Assembly (NCBI GenBank): GCA_051362555.1
Contig: CM120640.1
Location: 53,174,788 to 53,238,787 of the forward strand
Source: Lingula anatina
Lineage: Eukaryota; Animalia; Brachiopoda
Direction of reading: 5' to 3'
Length of the DNA stretch: 64,000 nucleotides
Translations under genes and position numbers: made by a program
Shown here: positions 1-13,431 of the stretch, piece by piece
How the letters are laid out: every line of letters begins with the position of its first letter
How positions within the stretch are numbered: position 1 is the stretch's first letter
Notes under the pieces: generated by a model
What the model saw: the letters and a program-made list of their open reading frames with translations, nothing else
Database searches by the model: none
What the model was told of the DNA's origin: nothing

Positions 1-2810
1 ACAAGTTGAATCTCTGAACAAATTATATTTTATCCAGAATTTGAGAAAAAGTACACCATTGTGTAAATTAGTACAATTGCCAAGTGCCAAATAGGTTCAT
101 AAACAAGTAGACATCCACGTGTGCTGAAGGGTTGGATACACCTGTAAGCTAGTGTTACCCCAAAAGGTTCAAGTATTTTATTATTATCTATGAAATTACG
201 TACAGTTGTTGATACGAGATACAAGCTTACCCGTTGAAAAATAATGCATGATATACATGGTGATGGTATATAACTTTTACCCTCCTTGTTAACTTGTTAA
301 ATATACATTACTTATAAACACTTGTTAAGTTTTATGTAAATTATATTCTTCACTACAACAAATATATCCAAGTGTCACTATATTCTTTTTTTTTTTCAAA
401 GACTATATATGAACTCCCATTGCAAGCTATATTCCAGTAATTAATGATATTGCATGTAAAAAGGCAGTTTTATAAAAGTATTTTGAATGAGCGTTTTCCT
501 TCCAAACTTATGTATGTTACATTGGAGGCTCCACTGTACATAGTTTTGTATTTAATTGTTTAAGGATATGATAACAATTTGGCTAGGGGTGCCATGAGAC
601 TTTTTATCTTCCCCCCCCCCCCCCCTCCCCTGGTTGGGAAAAGTTATGTGTTGATGAAAAATTCACCATGCAGTAATAGTTAAGGAAGAAAATTGAGCAA
701 AGATGATACGTTGTACCACAGTTAATTTCGTAAGTCCCACAATATCTAGTCAAAGAGCTATCTTGTTAGCACATGTATTCAAATGTATAGGGGCACTTGT
801 GATTCTAATACATGTGCGCGTGCACACACACATAGACACACACATAAAGGCAGCACTTTTACACATTTTGCATTTTTGTTGTAAAAGGTGCCAGTAACAA
901 TATGGAACAATACAGTGTTATCTTGTTGCCCATTCTCTTAGTTGTACATGCACGTCTACATGTAAAGACAGGCAACATATTGTGTAAAACTTAGTAAATT
1001 GTTTTAGTATCTGTTAAACATACATGACCAGTACTCTAGCCAAATGTAAGGAATAATATTTCTTATAATTGAGAATGGACCAGAAAATGCAGCAAGATAC
1101 TTGTTTAAGCTTAATGCATTGAATGGTATTACTTGGGCCTTTACAAAGCAAGCATATATAGTTTGGTGTACAGAATGGCTATTTTGCAGGATAATTAATT
1201 TCAAATACATCTATTAAACAATTAACAATGTACTCTGGTGCTGTTCATTCTTATCTAGTAGAGAATTGGTAACTGTACCTATTAAATGAGAATATATAGT
1301 TGATCATATTTAAAAGTTAACCTTAATTATCATTGTACAAGCCTGTATACATGTAGTAAATTAGCAGTTATCTTAATTCAAACTAAGTTGAAACCACTTA
1401 AGTGTTCATTTTTAAGTTATTTAGATCAAAGCATTGGTATCATTTATTTTTTTACAGCAGGGCACTTTCATGATGTGGTCAGCTTGAGAATGGAGGGGTG
1501 TTTTGAGATTCTTTTTTAATTGTGTAATGCAGAGGTATCGATAAATTACATGCAATATGTGCATATTGTGTAGCATTTGATTCAATTGCTAAAAATATTG
1601 TACATTCAGTTTTGGGTACAATTTCATTGTTATGAGCCTGTGTATATAATGATCACTTGTCTGTCCTGTTGCCTCCAGTTTTTATCTAGTTTTCTCAATA
1701 TCTTGGAAGTCACTTTACTTCTCTGCAGTAATTTCTGGGACAAAATGCAAGTAAAGTTTAAAATTAAGCCCAAGAGGATTGCCTTTTTATTGTGCATTTT
1801 ATTTTTATTATCATGATTTTGCCTTTAAGCATGTATTTTTTCTATATCACAGGTTCTATCAGGATATCTGAAAAACTAGTTAATTTCAACTTCATTGTTT
1901 TACATTTTTTTTTTCATGCCAAAACTGATGTTGTTACCAATTCTGGTTTGAAACAGGCTCTAAGATGTATGTTTGTCAGCTTCAATTAACTTCGTTTTTA
2001 TTTCATCTTTTGTATTTTTGTGCCAAAAAGGAACTTGGCAGAATTTTAAACATCCTTTCTTTTAGCCAACTGAGCGATAGATCGTTAAGTTCAGTACTGT
2101 ATGAATAACATGCATAAAATTTTTAATTTATCCCACTTAAAATTACTAACTTGTCAAACAATTTGTTCAAATTCATAATAATAAATTATAATTGAACCCC
2201 ACATTTACTGATATTCCACACGTACTTATTCAACCAATATGCTGTAAAATATCAATTAAATACACATAATTATTCCAAGAATTTCAGTTTGTTTGGTGCT
2301 TCAATATCTGTCTTGTATTGCAAGTCCAGGTATCAACATGTACTATTTTAATACAAAATTGAAATAAAACTGCAAACTGAAAAAGACAAATTTATTTGTG
2401 TAAGTCATTAGCTATAATATAATAAAAAATTCATCTTATGATGTTACATGTTGACATTGTTGGCTGTCTGTGCCACTTCTAATCCTACTGTGTGAGAAAA
2501 CTAAAGGCAAATAAGAATGGTCTTCCAAGGACTTGTGACAATTTTATGAAAGAACTTATTAAAACGTATCTTTTCGAAGTTTATAGCCGAATGGAGTAGA
2601 TTTTAAACTGGCCTTAAATTTTGTGCAATGTTCTAAAAAGCTTTATCATCTTAATATTTAGCTGTTTATTCTACTCTCACTAACATTCTGTACATTTCTT
2701 AAATTATTGTTTAGTCTACTGAATATCTGGACTGGATTTCATACTGTAAATAGACATTGTCGTATAGGAATACTCCACTAGTTTCACTTGGAACAGGTTT
2801 GTGACACTTA

Positions 2811-3026
2811 GACCCCATTCCCACAGATTTTAGATCGATCTATCCCTGTGGGGAGTCTCACTAGATTACTGTCAGCTTAGCCGGCTTAAATGTCTGTCCC
2901 GCCTACTAAAAGCTGTAAGGGGATAATTAACTACCGTGCGCGCTCGGCTGACAGCAATTTAGCATGAACCCCCCAGGGAGTTGGGTCGATCTAGATGGAT
3001 CGATCTAAATCTATGGGAATGCACTC
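2811..3026. mobile_element. MITE, PIF/Harbinger-like (TTA TSD)
   Basis: Imperfect TIRs gaccccattcccacagattttagatcgatc ... gatcgatctaaatctatgggaatgcactc, flanked by TTA on both sides. A related copy lies at ~38920-39195. Confidence 0.75.
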
Positions 3027-3902
3027 TTACTTGTATCCCCTTTAGAAATCATTGCCACCTTTACAAAACAATTATTTTCTAAACCAATTTTGTTCATTTC
3101 TCTAAATTACAACCTTCATCATTGTATTCCAATGCTTTTAATGTTTTCGAGTGTAAACAGACTTGGTATACACAACATTGCAATTTCATTTACTGGTCTG
3201 TACATCACAGAATTAAAAACAACATACATGTAGATACACTTGAATGAACCAAGATGAGTAGGTATATTTGATGGAATCTGAAAACCGTGATCATTGGAAA
3301 ACTGAGTTTGACAGATGTACATTTTGAATCAAGAAAGAGACAAAAGAACGAGTTCCAAGACCAAATTGACACTGGCAAAGATGGTGATTGAATCAGAGAG
3401 ATCATTTGAGGCTGCTGAAAAAAAATTAAAATAACAAAGCTGAGAATGTCACTGACACAATAGTGGTTTTAAGAATCTGATTTAAACAAGTACTGAAAAT
3501 ATTAATACAAAAGTCAAAGGCTTAATCAAAGATGGACTCACACTACCAAATATAACATCTGACTCAACATGTGTACACAGGTAGCACCAAGCTAGTCCAG
3601 TAATAGCCAATTGTGCAGGGCCTGAAGAAAATCCCTAAATCCAAAAGGTTACTGAAGGACTCAATAGCCTTGCCTTTTCAAATCCTTTTCATTGGAATAT
3701 CACAGTTAAGGTGCCAAGTACAATATTTCTTTTGATGGTTGGCAGACAAATGAAGTGATGGCAGTCCTTGTTTCGAGAATTCCAAACTGAGACCACAGCA
3801 CAGTGCTATGTCTTTGGTTCCTTTTTCTGACACATCCAAACCCAAGTGATTGCACAGCTCCTCTTGTGAGAGTTCCATACACAGGGGCAAGGACACGGCT
3901 GT

Positions 3903-6900
3903 TCAATCCAGGCATTTGTCTTTTAGTAGTCCAAACCTGTTTATAGGAAATACCTGAATAAAATAATACAAATGCAATTTACCAAAAAGCTAGACAGCAA
4001 AACTGGTACATACATGAATACATAAATAAAACAACCAAGCAACAAACAACATAAAACATCAACAACAAAAAATTCATAAAAGACTTTTTAAGTTTCTTGA
4101 AAATTTTAACAATCTTCACTTCCATAATAACTTTCATGTGAAAATTACTATATCATCCAGGGATATATATATGCATATAAATATATCTATAACTACCTCG
4201 GCTCCACTTCTTTTCGGTATTTAACTTGCACTTTAACAACACATAATGTCTGAACAGATTATGACTAATTTTGACTAAAACAGAAATATGGTTTGGCTCT
4301 TGTAACTAGCAACAAAACACATTGCTCCTACATCTACTGTACCTTCAACAAGACTTTTCCTTGGAGAAGCCCATATGGTACAGGACCATAGTCATTAGAG
4401 TCTTTAGACTGCTCTGTATTATCCCCTTCTAACCATACATGACCTGTGGGCACCTGAAGAGACAAAAGTAATCCCAGATCCAGAAATGTAAAAACAAAGA
4501 AAACAGATAGTTTTTAAGTTACCAGGAAGCTGAACAAGAAGTAAAATGAAGTTAATACCAGAGGGAAGTTAGTCAAGCTGCTGAACTTTGATATGCTGAC
4601 ATATTTAAACGTGTGCTTATAAAAGTAATATGACAGTTGATGTACATGAAACACTCTCTGGATCCTGCTGCACCATTATCTTTGTCATGTTCTGTTGTCT
4701 TTGTCTTCCCACCATTTTAAAATAGGTTACCCAAGATTTCGATGGATATTGTGAGATTGTGCACACCCTTTATTATAATCTCTTCAGTAATTTTTACAAA
4801 AATCTTAATCTTATAAAAGAAAAAAAAAAAAAAACTAGTATCGGAATGGGTTCATTAACCATTGGTATGTATGAGAAAATTCATGTTATGGTCCTTTTTC
4901 TGCAAAAATGAAGAGTTATATCTGAAGCTATCTCTCTCTTACTTTCCAAATTATAACAACATATATAATGGTTATATAATATAAGTACTGTATTAGCATC
5001 CTTATCTCGGCTATGTTCTAATGCATTCTTACCTTAGCTAGAAAAGGTGAAGTTGAAGTTTTATCCAACACATCACCTTCAATCAAAGTGACTCGTTTCA
5101 TTACCAATGTACTAGGATCCACTGGAGATCTGCATAGTACCACATCTCCCCTGAAAAAGTAATATTGCATAGCAAATCTTTGGTCAGGGTTAGTCAATAG
5201 TATTAATTAGCGCATCCTAAAATACTGCCAACTCAATAAACTGTAAATCAATGTAATTGAAAAAAATATATATATAACAAAAATCCAATCTTGCCGCTTT
5301 GTGAAAGAAACCTGCCTTTTCACCAAACAAAGCCACACAGTAAATAAGAAAGCAAAAGTACACTTTGACACTTATGGGGAGAATGTTGCCAAAACATATG
5401 CCAAAAATTCAATAATCTTCTTCAAAATAATTCTATTATGTCAATTTTACAAAGCAACATGCTTTTTTATACCAAACAAAACTAATCTGGTTTCATGTGG
5501 GGATGCCATATTCGATGCACAGATCAGTATATCCAAGAATCATCTGTTGTAAATGCTCTCATAGTGTCTTTATGTAAAAATTACAATCCACTGAAAGTAA
5601 CCCAACATACCTTTCTATATTTTGAAAGTTAATGCTGATCTTCTCTACGATTACAACGTCCCCACCTTTAATAGTAGGCTCCATTGATGACCCATGACAC
5701 TGAAAAAATAAAATTATCATTATCATTCATTAATAATATATGCCTTTCAACTTTAAATCAATGTAACAGTAAGTACCTATAATCTGCTAACTACCTTCCT
5801 AGCTGTTGCTGACAATGTTATGTTGTTATTAACTGGCACTAACTATATTACAATATTCATTGTTTTATTGTTTAAAGTCATAATATAAATTCAGGGGCAT
5901 CAGCAAGGCCATCTTTATTGTAATTAACTAAATACAGTGCAGAGATATTTCCCATTTTTTTTTATCCAGGCCTTGGTATTGTGAACAAAGAATGAATACC
6001 TCTTGCCTGAGGGAACAGTAAAACATCTACTTCTGTTAAGTTGTTAGGAAGAGGTTGCCATAATTGTGGATTCACAGTTTGAATAACCTTGGCAAAAATA
6101 TGGCATTTCTCACTTAAGTAAGGTAGGAGTCAGGTGGTATAGATGGCACCAACACCTAAACCACTTTGTAAATAAAAACTAAACAACTGCCCCATCCTCT
6201 GAACCCCTAGGGTAGGGAGTTTTAAGCTATATTACATTCTGGTCATACTACATAGCACGGAAATTCATGCGTTAGCACTCCTATTGACGATTCTGACATG
6301 TACTGGCTGTGTTGTTAGGAGTGCTAACGCATGAATTTTCGTGCTACATACTACATACAGTAGTACAAAGAAGATCATGGGATTTGAAATCTCAAGAAAT
6401 AGATCTGATGGCTTTTTGTTATACACTATTTATCAATATCTGAGAGCTGAAATGGATCTCATATATATGATCAAGGAGTTTTAACAGAAACTGTTGAAAC
6501 TCCTTGAACCCATATTCAAGAGCTGAACAGAATAGGGATATAATTGCAGTGCCAGTATATTGAGTGGTGAAATCAGGGTTATATTCCCAACCACCAATAA
6601 AATGCTGAACAGTCTAGGACTGCATGCCAGTATGTTGAGTGGTGAAAACAGGGTTATATTCTTAACTATCAATAAAATGTAAAATATTATTTTAAGTAGG
6701 TCAGATTATATGAGTTTTTAACAATAGGGATTGATTTCATGAAGTTTAAACTATCATACAGGGGTAAGCTTTGACTAAACTACCATTTTAACGTTATCAC
6801 AATAATCAATTCACTTATGCAATTCATGCATTAAAATTTTTGTTCTAATTGCCAGTTGAAGTTCTGCTGCACTGTGACTGACCACTGTGATATGTCCAAC

Positions 6901-6978
6901 AAACTCTGCCGTGCAATGTATGATAGCTCCATATTTAAGTAATCTGCCCGCTAGCCTTACACCTCGTCGAAATGCCAT
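3903..6978 (-). CDS. IMMP1L: Mitochondrial inner membrane protease subunit 1 (S26 peptidase), 154 aa, 5 coding exons
   Basis: Exons 6883-6978, 5611-5699, 5033-5150, 4343-4453 and 3903-3953, all GT-AG and phase-consistent. Translation: MAFRRGVRLAGRLLKYGAIIHCTAEFVGHITV|CHGSSMEPTI...|GDVVLCRSPVDPSTLVMKRV...|VPTGHVWLEGDNTEQSKDSNDYGPVPYGLL...|VFPINRFGLLKDKCLD*. The Ser (GSSMEPT) and Lys (MKRV) catalytic dyad and the EGDN...DS motif are present. Confidence 0.93.
6253..6346. mobile_element. 94-bp MITE with 9-bp TSD (Mutator-like) in IMMP1L intron
   Basis: ~31-bp TIRs tagcacggaaattcatgcgttagcactccta / taggagtgctaacgcatgaattttcgtgcta, with the direct repeat catactaca at 6244-6252 and 6347-6355. Confidence 0.85.
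6550..6679. repeat. Two-copy ~75-bp tandem duplication
   Basis: tgccagtat(a/g)ttgagtggtgaaa(t/a)cagggttatattc...caataaaatg occurs twice in tandem. Confidence 0.75.
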
Positions 6979-9900
6979 GTATTTTGTGTAACGTTAAATG
7001 TATCACACGACAAAGTGCCATTTGTATTATTAGGAAGTGCAGGAAAAAGATCTGCTCTACATCTCTACATGCTGTCCTGGTGGCGAGAGTAAAGTAAAGT
7101 GTCTGGCCGATAGAGGGCTCTCTATGCAACTAGTAATTTGGCGCTTTCTATTATTATAAACTAGTAGGCCTAAGAGGCTGCGCGTGGGTTTTCAACACTA
7201 GCTATACTATTATTTCGTTACGGAGGTTAGGTAACATCTGTATTGGGTTATATTGAAATCATGCCATAGGTCTAAAGTTCAATTTTTTATTCATTTACCA
7301 AGATTTTTAAAGTATTAGAAATTGTTATTGCCATCTTAGGATTCCTGTCCAGACATTTCTGTCACACTAATTGTATAGGAATACAAAACCTGTAATTTTA
7401 TACTTTTAATGGTTTAGACATCACTGGGGACAGACATGCTTTTATGCCATGAGAGATGTTTTTTTTTAATTTGGTGCTGCTAAATATACATGTACATGTT
7501 AAAGACCGTAATCAATCAACATCTCCCTCTGCGTATGTACAGCGTATTATGGATGAACTAGTAGCGTATGATGGGGCGTGTCTCTAACGATGAATTAACA
7601 TATGTTAACATTTACATAACCTATGTAAATACATAACATTTACATAAACGTATGTTGAACGCATTTTGCGTTTACCTAACGCATGATCCTCTGCGTTTAG
7701 TCATGTGTGGTAAAAAAAAGAGTACAATTTGCACATTTTCACCACAACCGCCACTGATGGAAAAGACAGATGTGGATATTTTTGAACACCAGTTAGATTT
7801 GATTCAGTTTGCACGCTGATATACGGTACTCTTAGTACTCATACGTCGATATACGTTACACTTCCGATGTAACACCTTAATTACCCATACGGTATTCAAA
7901 CTCACATTATATATACGGTGTAAATAAGCTTTCAATACGATATTTCTACGGTGCTTAAACGTTAATTCTCAAACGCTCGAAAAGGGTGTTTTCTTACGCT
8001 CAAAGAAACGATTTCATATACGATACTTTTCTTGAAAAAAATTATTTTAATACTAGTTAACCGTATACTCTTTTTTGGCTCAATTTCATGGTGATACGCA
8101 GCTAAGCATACATGTACATGTATATTAAGCCATTAATAAAATCTTCAATAGCAGGTTTAGAATATTTAACAGATCGTAGGTTCAATAGTTTGGAACTGTG
8201 TAACGCCGACAATTGGGTTTCGTTATTCTGAAGGTTTTTTTTTTTTTTACTCCGAAAGCGAATTTTTTAAAAGAAACTTTGGAAAATGGGCTTATTATGT
8301 TTTATATTAGTGTGTTACCTCACTGCGTCGTCTGAACAAAACTGTCGAGACGGGAACGTGACATGAACGCATCTGTCTCGCCATGGTCAAAACGTTGACG
8401 TTGTAATAATAAAACTAATATCTATTTCTTAAAAACCGCACTACACTACTGTCTCGGAGCTGTTTTCAAATAAATTTATCAGAATTACAAGTAATTATAT
8501 AAATAATAAAAGCTGAAGTGAATAAAACAATTAAATTGATTAATGTTGTAATAGTCTAAGCAATAAAATATTTTCTAATAAAATGAGAAAATAAATAATT
8601 TCAAGTATTAAATTTTAATTGAAGTACTGTGCAAATAAGAATATTTTTAAGTCTTTTTTATAGACCTCAACACTATCAATAGATGCTGCAATTGAAAATG
8701 CCCTGTGGCCGCAGGTTTTAGTTGTTTTATGTTGTCATTCCTGGTAAAGGAAAGAGTGGAGGTGGACCTGGTGAGATTGGCTGAACTTGTATGTAGCATA
8801 GAGTTTAAATATGCTATGATTTAGAGCATGTTCAAAATTATCACAATGCCAATGCATTCTGACTAAAGACGCAACATGGTGTCACAACGGTATCTCACAG
8901 CTAACGCAACTGAGTCTTCTTTGTGGTATATTAGTGGAGTGGCCGCCTCTATCTCTGTTTGTTAGATTCTTAAATGCGACATGACCGCATGCGATATAGG
9001 CCTACTTTGTGCTCTCTTGGCACGCAATCTGTTATCCTCAATAACTTTCATCAGTTTCACAAATTTAAGAGTTTAAACTCAAGGAAAACAATATTTTTAA
9101 CTTCTTTAAAAACAGTATCGTTAATTTTGGCGATTATTTAAAAAATTTGATGTGATAATTTTGTTGAAAATTTTTCCGTCGTAGTCGATCTGCATTGTAG
9201 ATCAGGAGTGCGGAAACATTGCGACAAAATTTGAACTAGGCTTTTCCATTGGGGAAATACTGCGACTTTCTGAAATGATGGCGTTCTTAATGCGTCCATG
9301 TGCGGTGGCAGAAGGCAAAACGAGTCAAAAAGGATGGTAGGTTATAATTTCATATCAGTGGAACTTCGAATCGATGAAGGAATAAAAGATCAAAGTTTTG
9401 TTGAAACACAGGAGTAAAGAGATATTCGCAATTGGGGATATCAATTTGGAACAACCGACCTTCTACGTGAAAGCCATAGGAATTAAAAATATATGTTTTA
9501 TTAGACATTGAAAAAATCGGAATCAAAATTTCTCGAAATTGCGCGATGACCCATTTACGCTGCACTTACTGACTTGGTAACATAGACCGCTAACAAAAGT
9601 TCAGCAAATGTGTTTTGAGACTGAAATACTGAATTTAGTATTTCATTCAACTTAATGATTCTAAAAACTTATTCTTTGCTTGAAGATTGTTTTTATATCG
9701 AAGTATTTAAGTCCCCACACTGGTTGTGTTACGGTACTCCGGGAACCAGTCAAAAACAAGCACTTGTCCAGGGGTCAACAGCAATTAATTGCAATGCAAT
9801 TTCCCTGAGTGCTAAATAAATCTTGTAATTCTGTCTTTTCTTCTTCGTATGTAAAGACAAGAAGTACACTCAATATTAGATGAGCACGCAGAAACTACAT

Positions 9901-10638
9901 ATCTTAATTGGCTTTCTTCCTCCCAATTGTGGCCATAAAATGTTGTATGCCCCAATTTTAGTAACATTTGGTGAGTTCTCCCATGCCCACTAAAATAAAT
10001 TTGTGTAAAAATGGAAATCCTTTTTTTTTCTGTTTAGAGTCTCTAGGCCATACCATAATTTTTTTGCCACTTTCGCGCTTAGATTCTGACTTAGATTTTG
10101 TGAATTATAACAACTATTATCATTTTAAATAAAAAAAGCATATTGTCACTCTTAACTCATTCTAATATTCTTGTTTTTAAATCTACCCTTGTTAAAGCTA
10201 AAAAAAAGAGATGTCCTTTAATATCGACAAATCTTAGCCAAATTATAATTATATTCATAAGCGACCACCTCGGCAACGCCGTTATTCGCTGTGCGGGGCC
10301 ATGCTGCTCCGTGCTAGTGTAGTGATCATCTTATGAGTTGAGCATGATGTCTGCGGTTAAGACACCACAGCTTTCCGGTAACTATACTATTTGAAAAATA
10401 TCTTTATCCTACAAAACATCTGTTCCAACTTTTGAATACATTAAGATTCTGCTCTACATTTTGACCTGTTTAATAATACAGCTTTCGTATGAAAGACATG
10501 ACCATTGTATCAAAAATCGCATTTTATTTACAAAAAATGTTTTTGTCTCAGAAATACAAAAAAAGTCCTGTTATTGATATTGACATGTCTTAAATATACC
10601 ATGCTGTTACATTTAAGACATGTCAATGGATATATATC

Positions 10639-10902
10639 CAGGGGCGGATCCAGGATTATTTGAAGGGGGTGTCCGTTTTTTAGGAACGACAGGCAGCGGA
10701 TGCGAAGCCGCCCGCCCCTCCCATCGGCGTGAAGGGCCCGAAAATTTAGAGGGAGAACGGTGCCATTTGATACGGATTAGAACTATGATTCAGTTAGTCA
10801 AAATTCTAATTTCAAGAGGGAAACACTGGTGTGATTTTTTTTCAGAAATCGAAGGGGGGGGGGTCAGGACCCCCTGACACCCCCCTCCTAAATCCGCCAC
10901 TG
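10639..10902. mobile_element. MITE with CAGGGGCGGAT...ATCCGCCACTG ends and 6-bp TSD (hAT-like)
   Basis: Terminal inverted repeats, G/C homopolymer tracts inside, and tatatc repeated directly on both flanks (10633-10638 and 10903-10908). Confidence 0.75.
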
Positions 10903-13431
10903 TATATCGAAATTCGAGGCATTCAAATGCTCATTTATATGGCGATGATTCGGAAAAATACATTCAATGAAAGTAAAAAACATAAGACATGCAGGGGGAA
11001 ATGTTGGAAATATCTTCTCTTTCTCCGCGCTTTTTCTGGCGCGCTAGTCTTTTTTTGTCTATGTCTTTTAGGATTTGTCAAACTTTATTTCAATATTTAC
11101 AGTCGGTATCAATTATGTTTTAAAAATGTGCTATGTGTATGTAGGTGTTTTCAAAAGTAAAACTACACATGTGTTCTAAAAATATGTCATCATGAAATGA
11201 TGAAATCACCAACTTCCCGATCTGAGTCAAACGATCACGTGCGACGCATTGCAGTTTCACGGACGCTTCAGGTAAATGAAGACTATAAACATGAACTTTT
11301 CACTCACAAATTGAGGTGCATCAGACACACACAATAGGCGGTCTAAGTAGAATTATTTCCCTTTGTACAGATGAGGTGGTCGTAAAAAAATTGCTACCAA
11401 AGTGGATTATTGACCAGTATCTAATAATTTAACACGATAAACACCTTTTGGAAGCGAGTTTAAATTTAAATTTAAAACCACATTCTGGAAAAAAACAAAA
11501 CTATATCAAGATCATATCCACTAAGGAAGATTTGTCAGTTTCTTGAAAAGAAGACGAATTGTTGAAAAATATCAACATTTAATATAATAGGCCCTATAAA
11601 AATGTTGGTGAAAATTTTGAGAAGTTTGTCTCAAATGAAAAGTACTTATAATAAAGAAAGGATCTTGAAACTAAATCCTGTTTAACAAGAGAAGAAATAT
11701 GAAGCTTATGAACCCACGTAACGATCAATGTGCTTTTTACAGATATTAAAATTTTAAAATTTATGGGTCTACATAGCCAGTTTAAGACGTGTAGCCTTCT
11801 TAGGTCTATTTATCCCTAAATTTTATGCGTGTGTTAAAAAGATAACTGGCACTTAAATATACACTTCTAACCAGCAGTGCTGGCAATGGAGATGTTTCAA
11901 AATTGCACTTAATGCACTGTGTGCTTTTTCTAAACACAGTCTGAAAATAGATGGTCAATTCAATAAAGAGGCAGCACGTTGTGCGGAAACCATCAGTTCT
12001 CCTAGCTTTGGTAAATGATCACGTGTGATGCATTCCCGTTTCACGGACATTGAAGGTGAACCGCGTACTTGACGAGTCGGCAGACATTTAAAAACTCATA
12101 TGGTCATGATTTGCACGAGGGACTGTTATGCACAAACCGTGGCACACTATAATAACCCAACAACAGTCTATGAATCTTAGACTGGTAAAATGGCCTAAAT
12201 TTGTCAAATGGCTCTGATCTGTTAATTTTATCTACATACTAGTGCAATAAAATTAAACCTTGGCAGATGGACAGAGAAAATTATGGTTTCTAGTGAATAG
12301 GCCTAATGAAAGCGTTGGTTGGGGGCCTATTCTATCGTTTCATATGAAAGTTCTTTTAATTACTGTTGATAAATGCATGACCATTTTGGTAAAATCAAAA
12401 ATACATAAAATCCACAGAAAAACAAAAAATGTATTAACACCTTAAAATTTAGATATATAAAAGAGAGGGTGTGTGCACTTCAATTAAATGTTGATTGTTT
12501 GCAGTCAGTTTTATTTTTTCAGACTTAACTAATTGGTGATAATGCATTTTATAGAAAAAAAAAGATATTTCAATTTAATGTTTGGAAAGTGGTAAAAATA
12601 TTTTCTTAAAGTTTCAAGCAATATCAGTGATGGATACCAAATTTCAGTGACCCCGCCACCACACTTACAAAATGTATAACTAAATGCAACATACTTGCTA
12701 AATTTTAAAGAAAGTAATAAATGTACACAGGACTTATGACCAAAACAAGTGCATAAAAAGGCTTTTTAAACATACATTATTAATTTTCTATGAACAAACA
12801 AGATAGTACATATATAAATTCTGACTGAGCCAGACTATAAAACTATTTTTTCTCTTTGTTAATACTGCCCAAGCTTGCATTAGAATACATAATAGGATAG
12901 GGTTATTTCACTAGGTTGCATGAAATAAATTTTTGATTTAACTAATAGCTTATAGTGTTTTTTTTTAAGGTGTTACACTAAATATGTTCAAACAGTTATC
13001 AGAACATACTACTACAGGCATTCTTTTATTTTGGTACGTAAAGTCCATCACTTGGTAAACAGCAGTGCTGGGAATGCAAATTATGGTAAAATGTAAATTT
13101 CTAATTATGAAAGTTCTTTGCATTAGGAAATTGTCAAAGGAAGTAGAAAAATTTGAGCAATAACGAAAAATATTTTCAACCTACAGTGATGTGCAAAATG
13201 CCACTGAAATAAAGATTAAATAATTTGGATCTCTGAAGCATCAAGTGCACTATATCAACATTTTATCCATCCAACTGTCAGATGTTATCAAGGGCCAATT
13301 GCACCATTACCTACAAAAGCAAAATTTTATACACTACAGATGACTGGTCATTTCACTGACATCATTTTGTTAAATGCTAAAACTGAACCCCTACATTTTT
13401 CATGATAACAATCAAAAAAATTCCAAATTAA

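Noticed and set aside
1-2450. Possible 3'UTR of an upstream plus-strand gene (AATAAA near 2363 and 2421)
   Set aside because: No coding exon is visible in the window to anchor it.
7400-10400. CpG-richer, repeat-like DNA with a minus-strand donor near 8318 (possible IMMP1L 5'UTR exon)
   Set aside because: I could not define TIRs, TSDs or a matching acceptor with confidence.
10620-11160. 85- and 109-aa ORFs
   Set aside because: They arise largely from the GC-rich MITE and show no recognisable domain.
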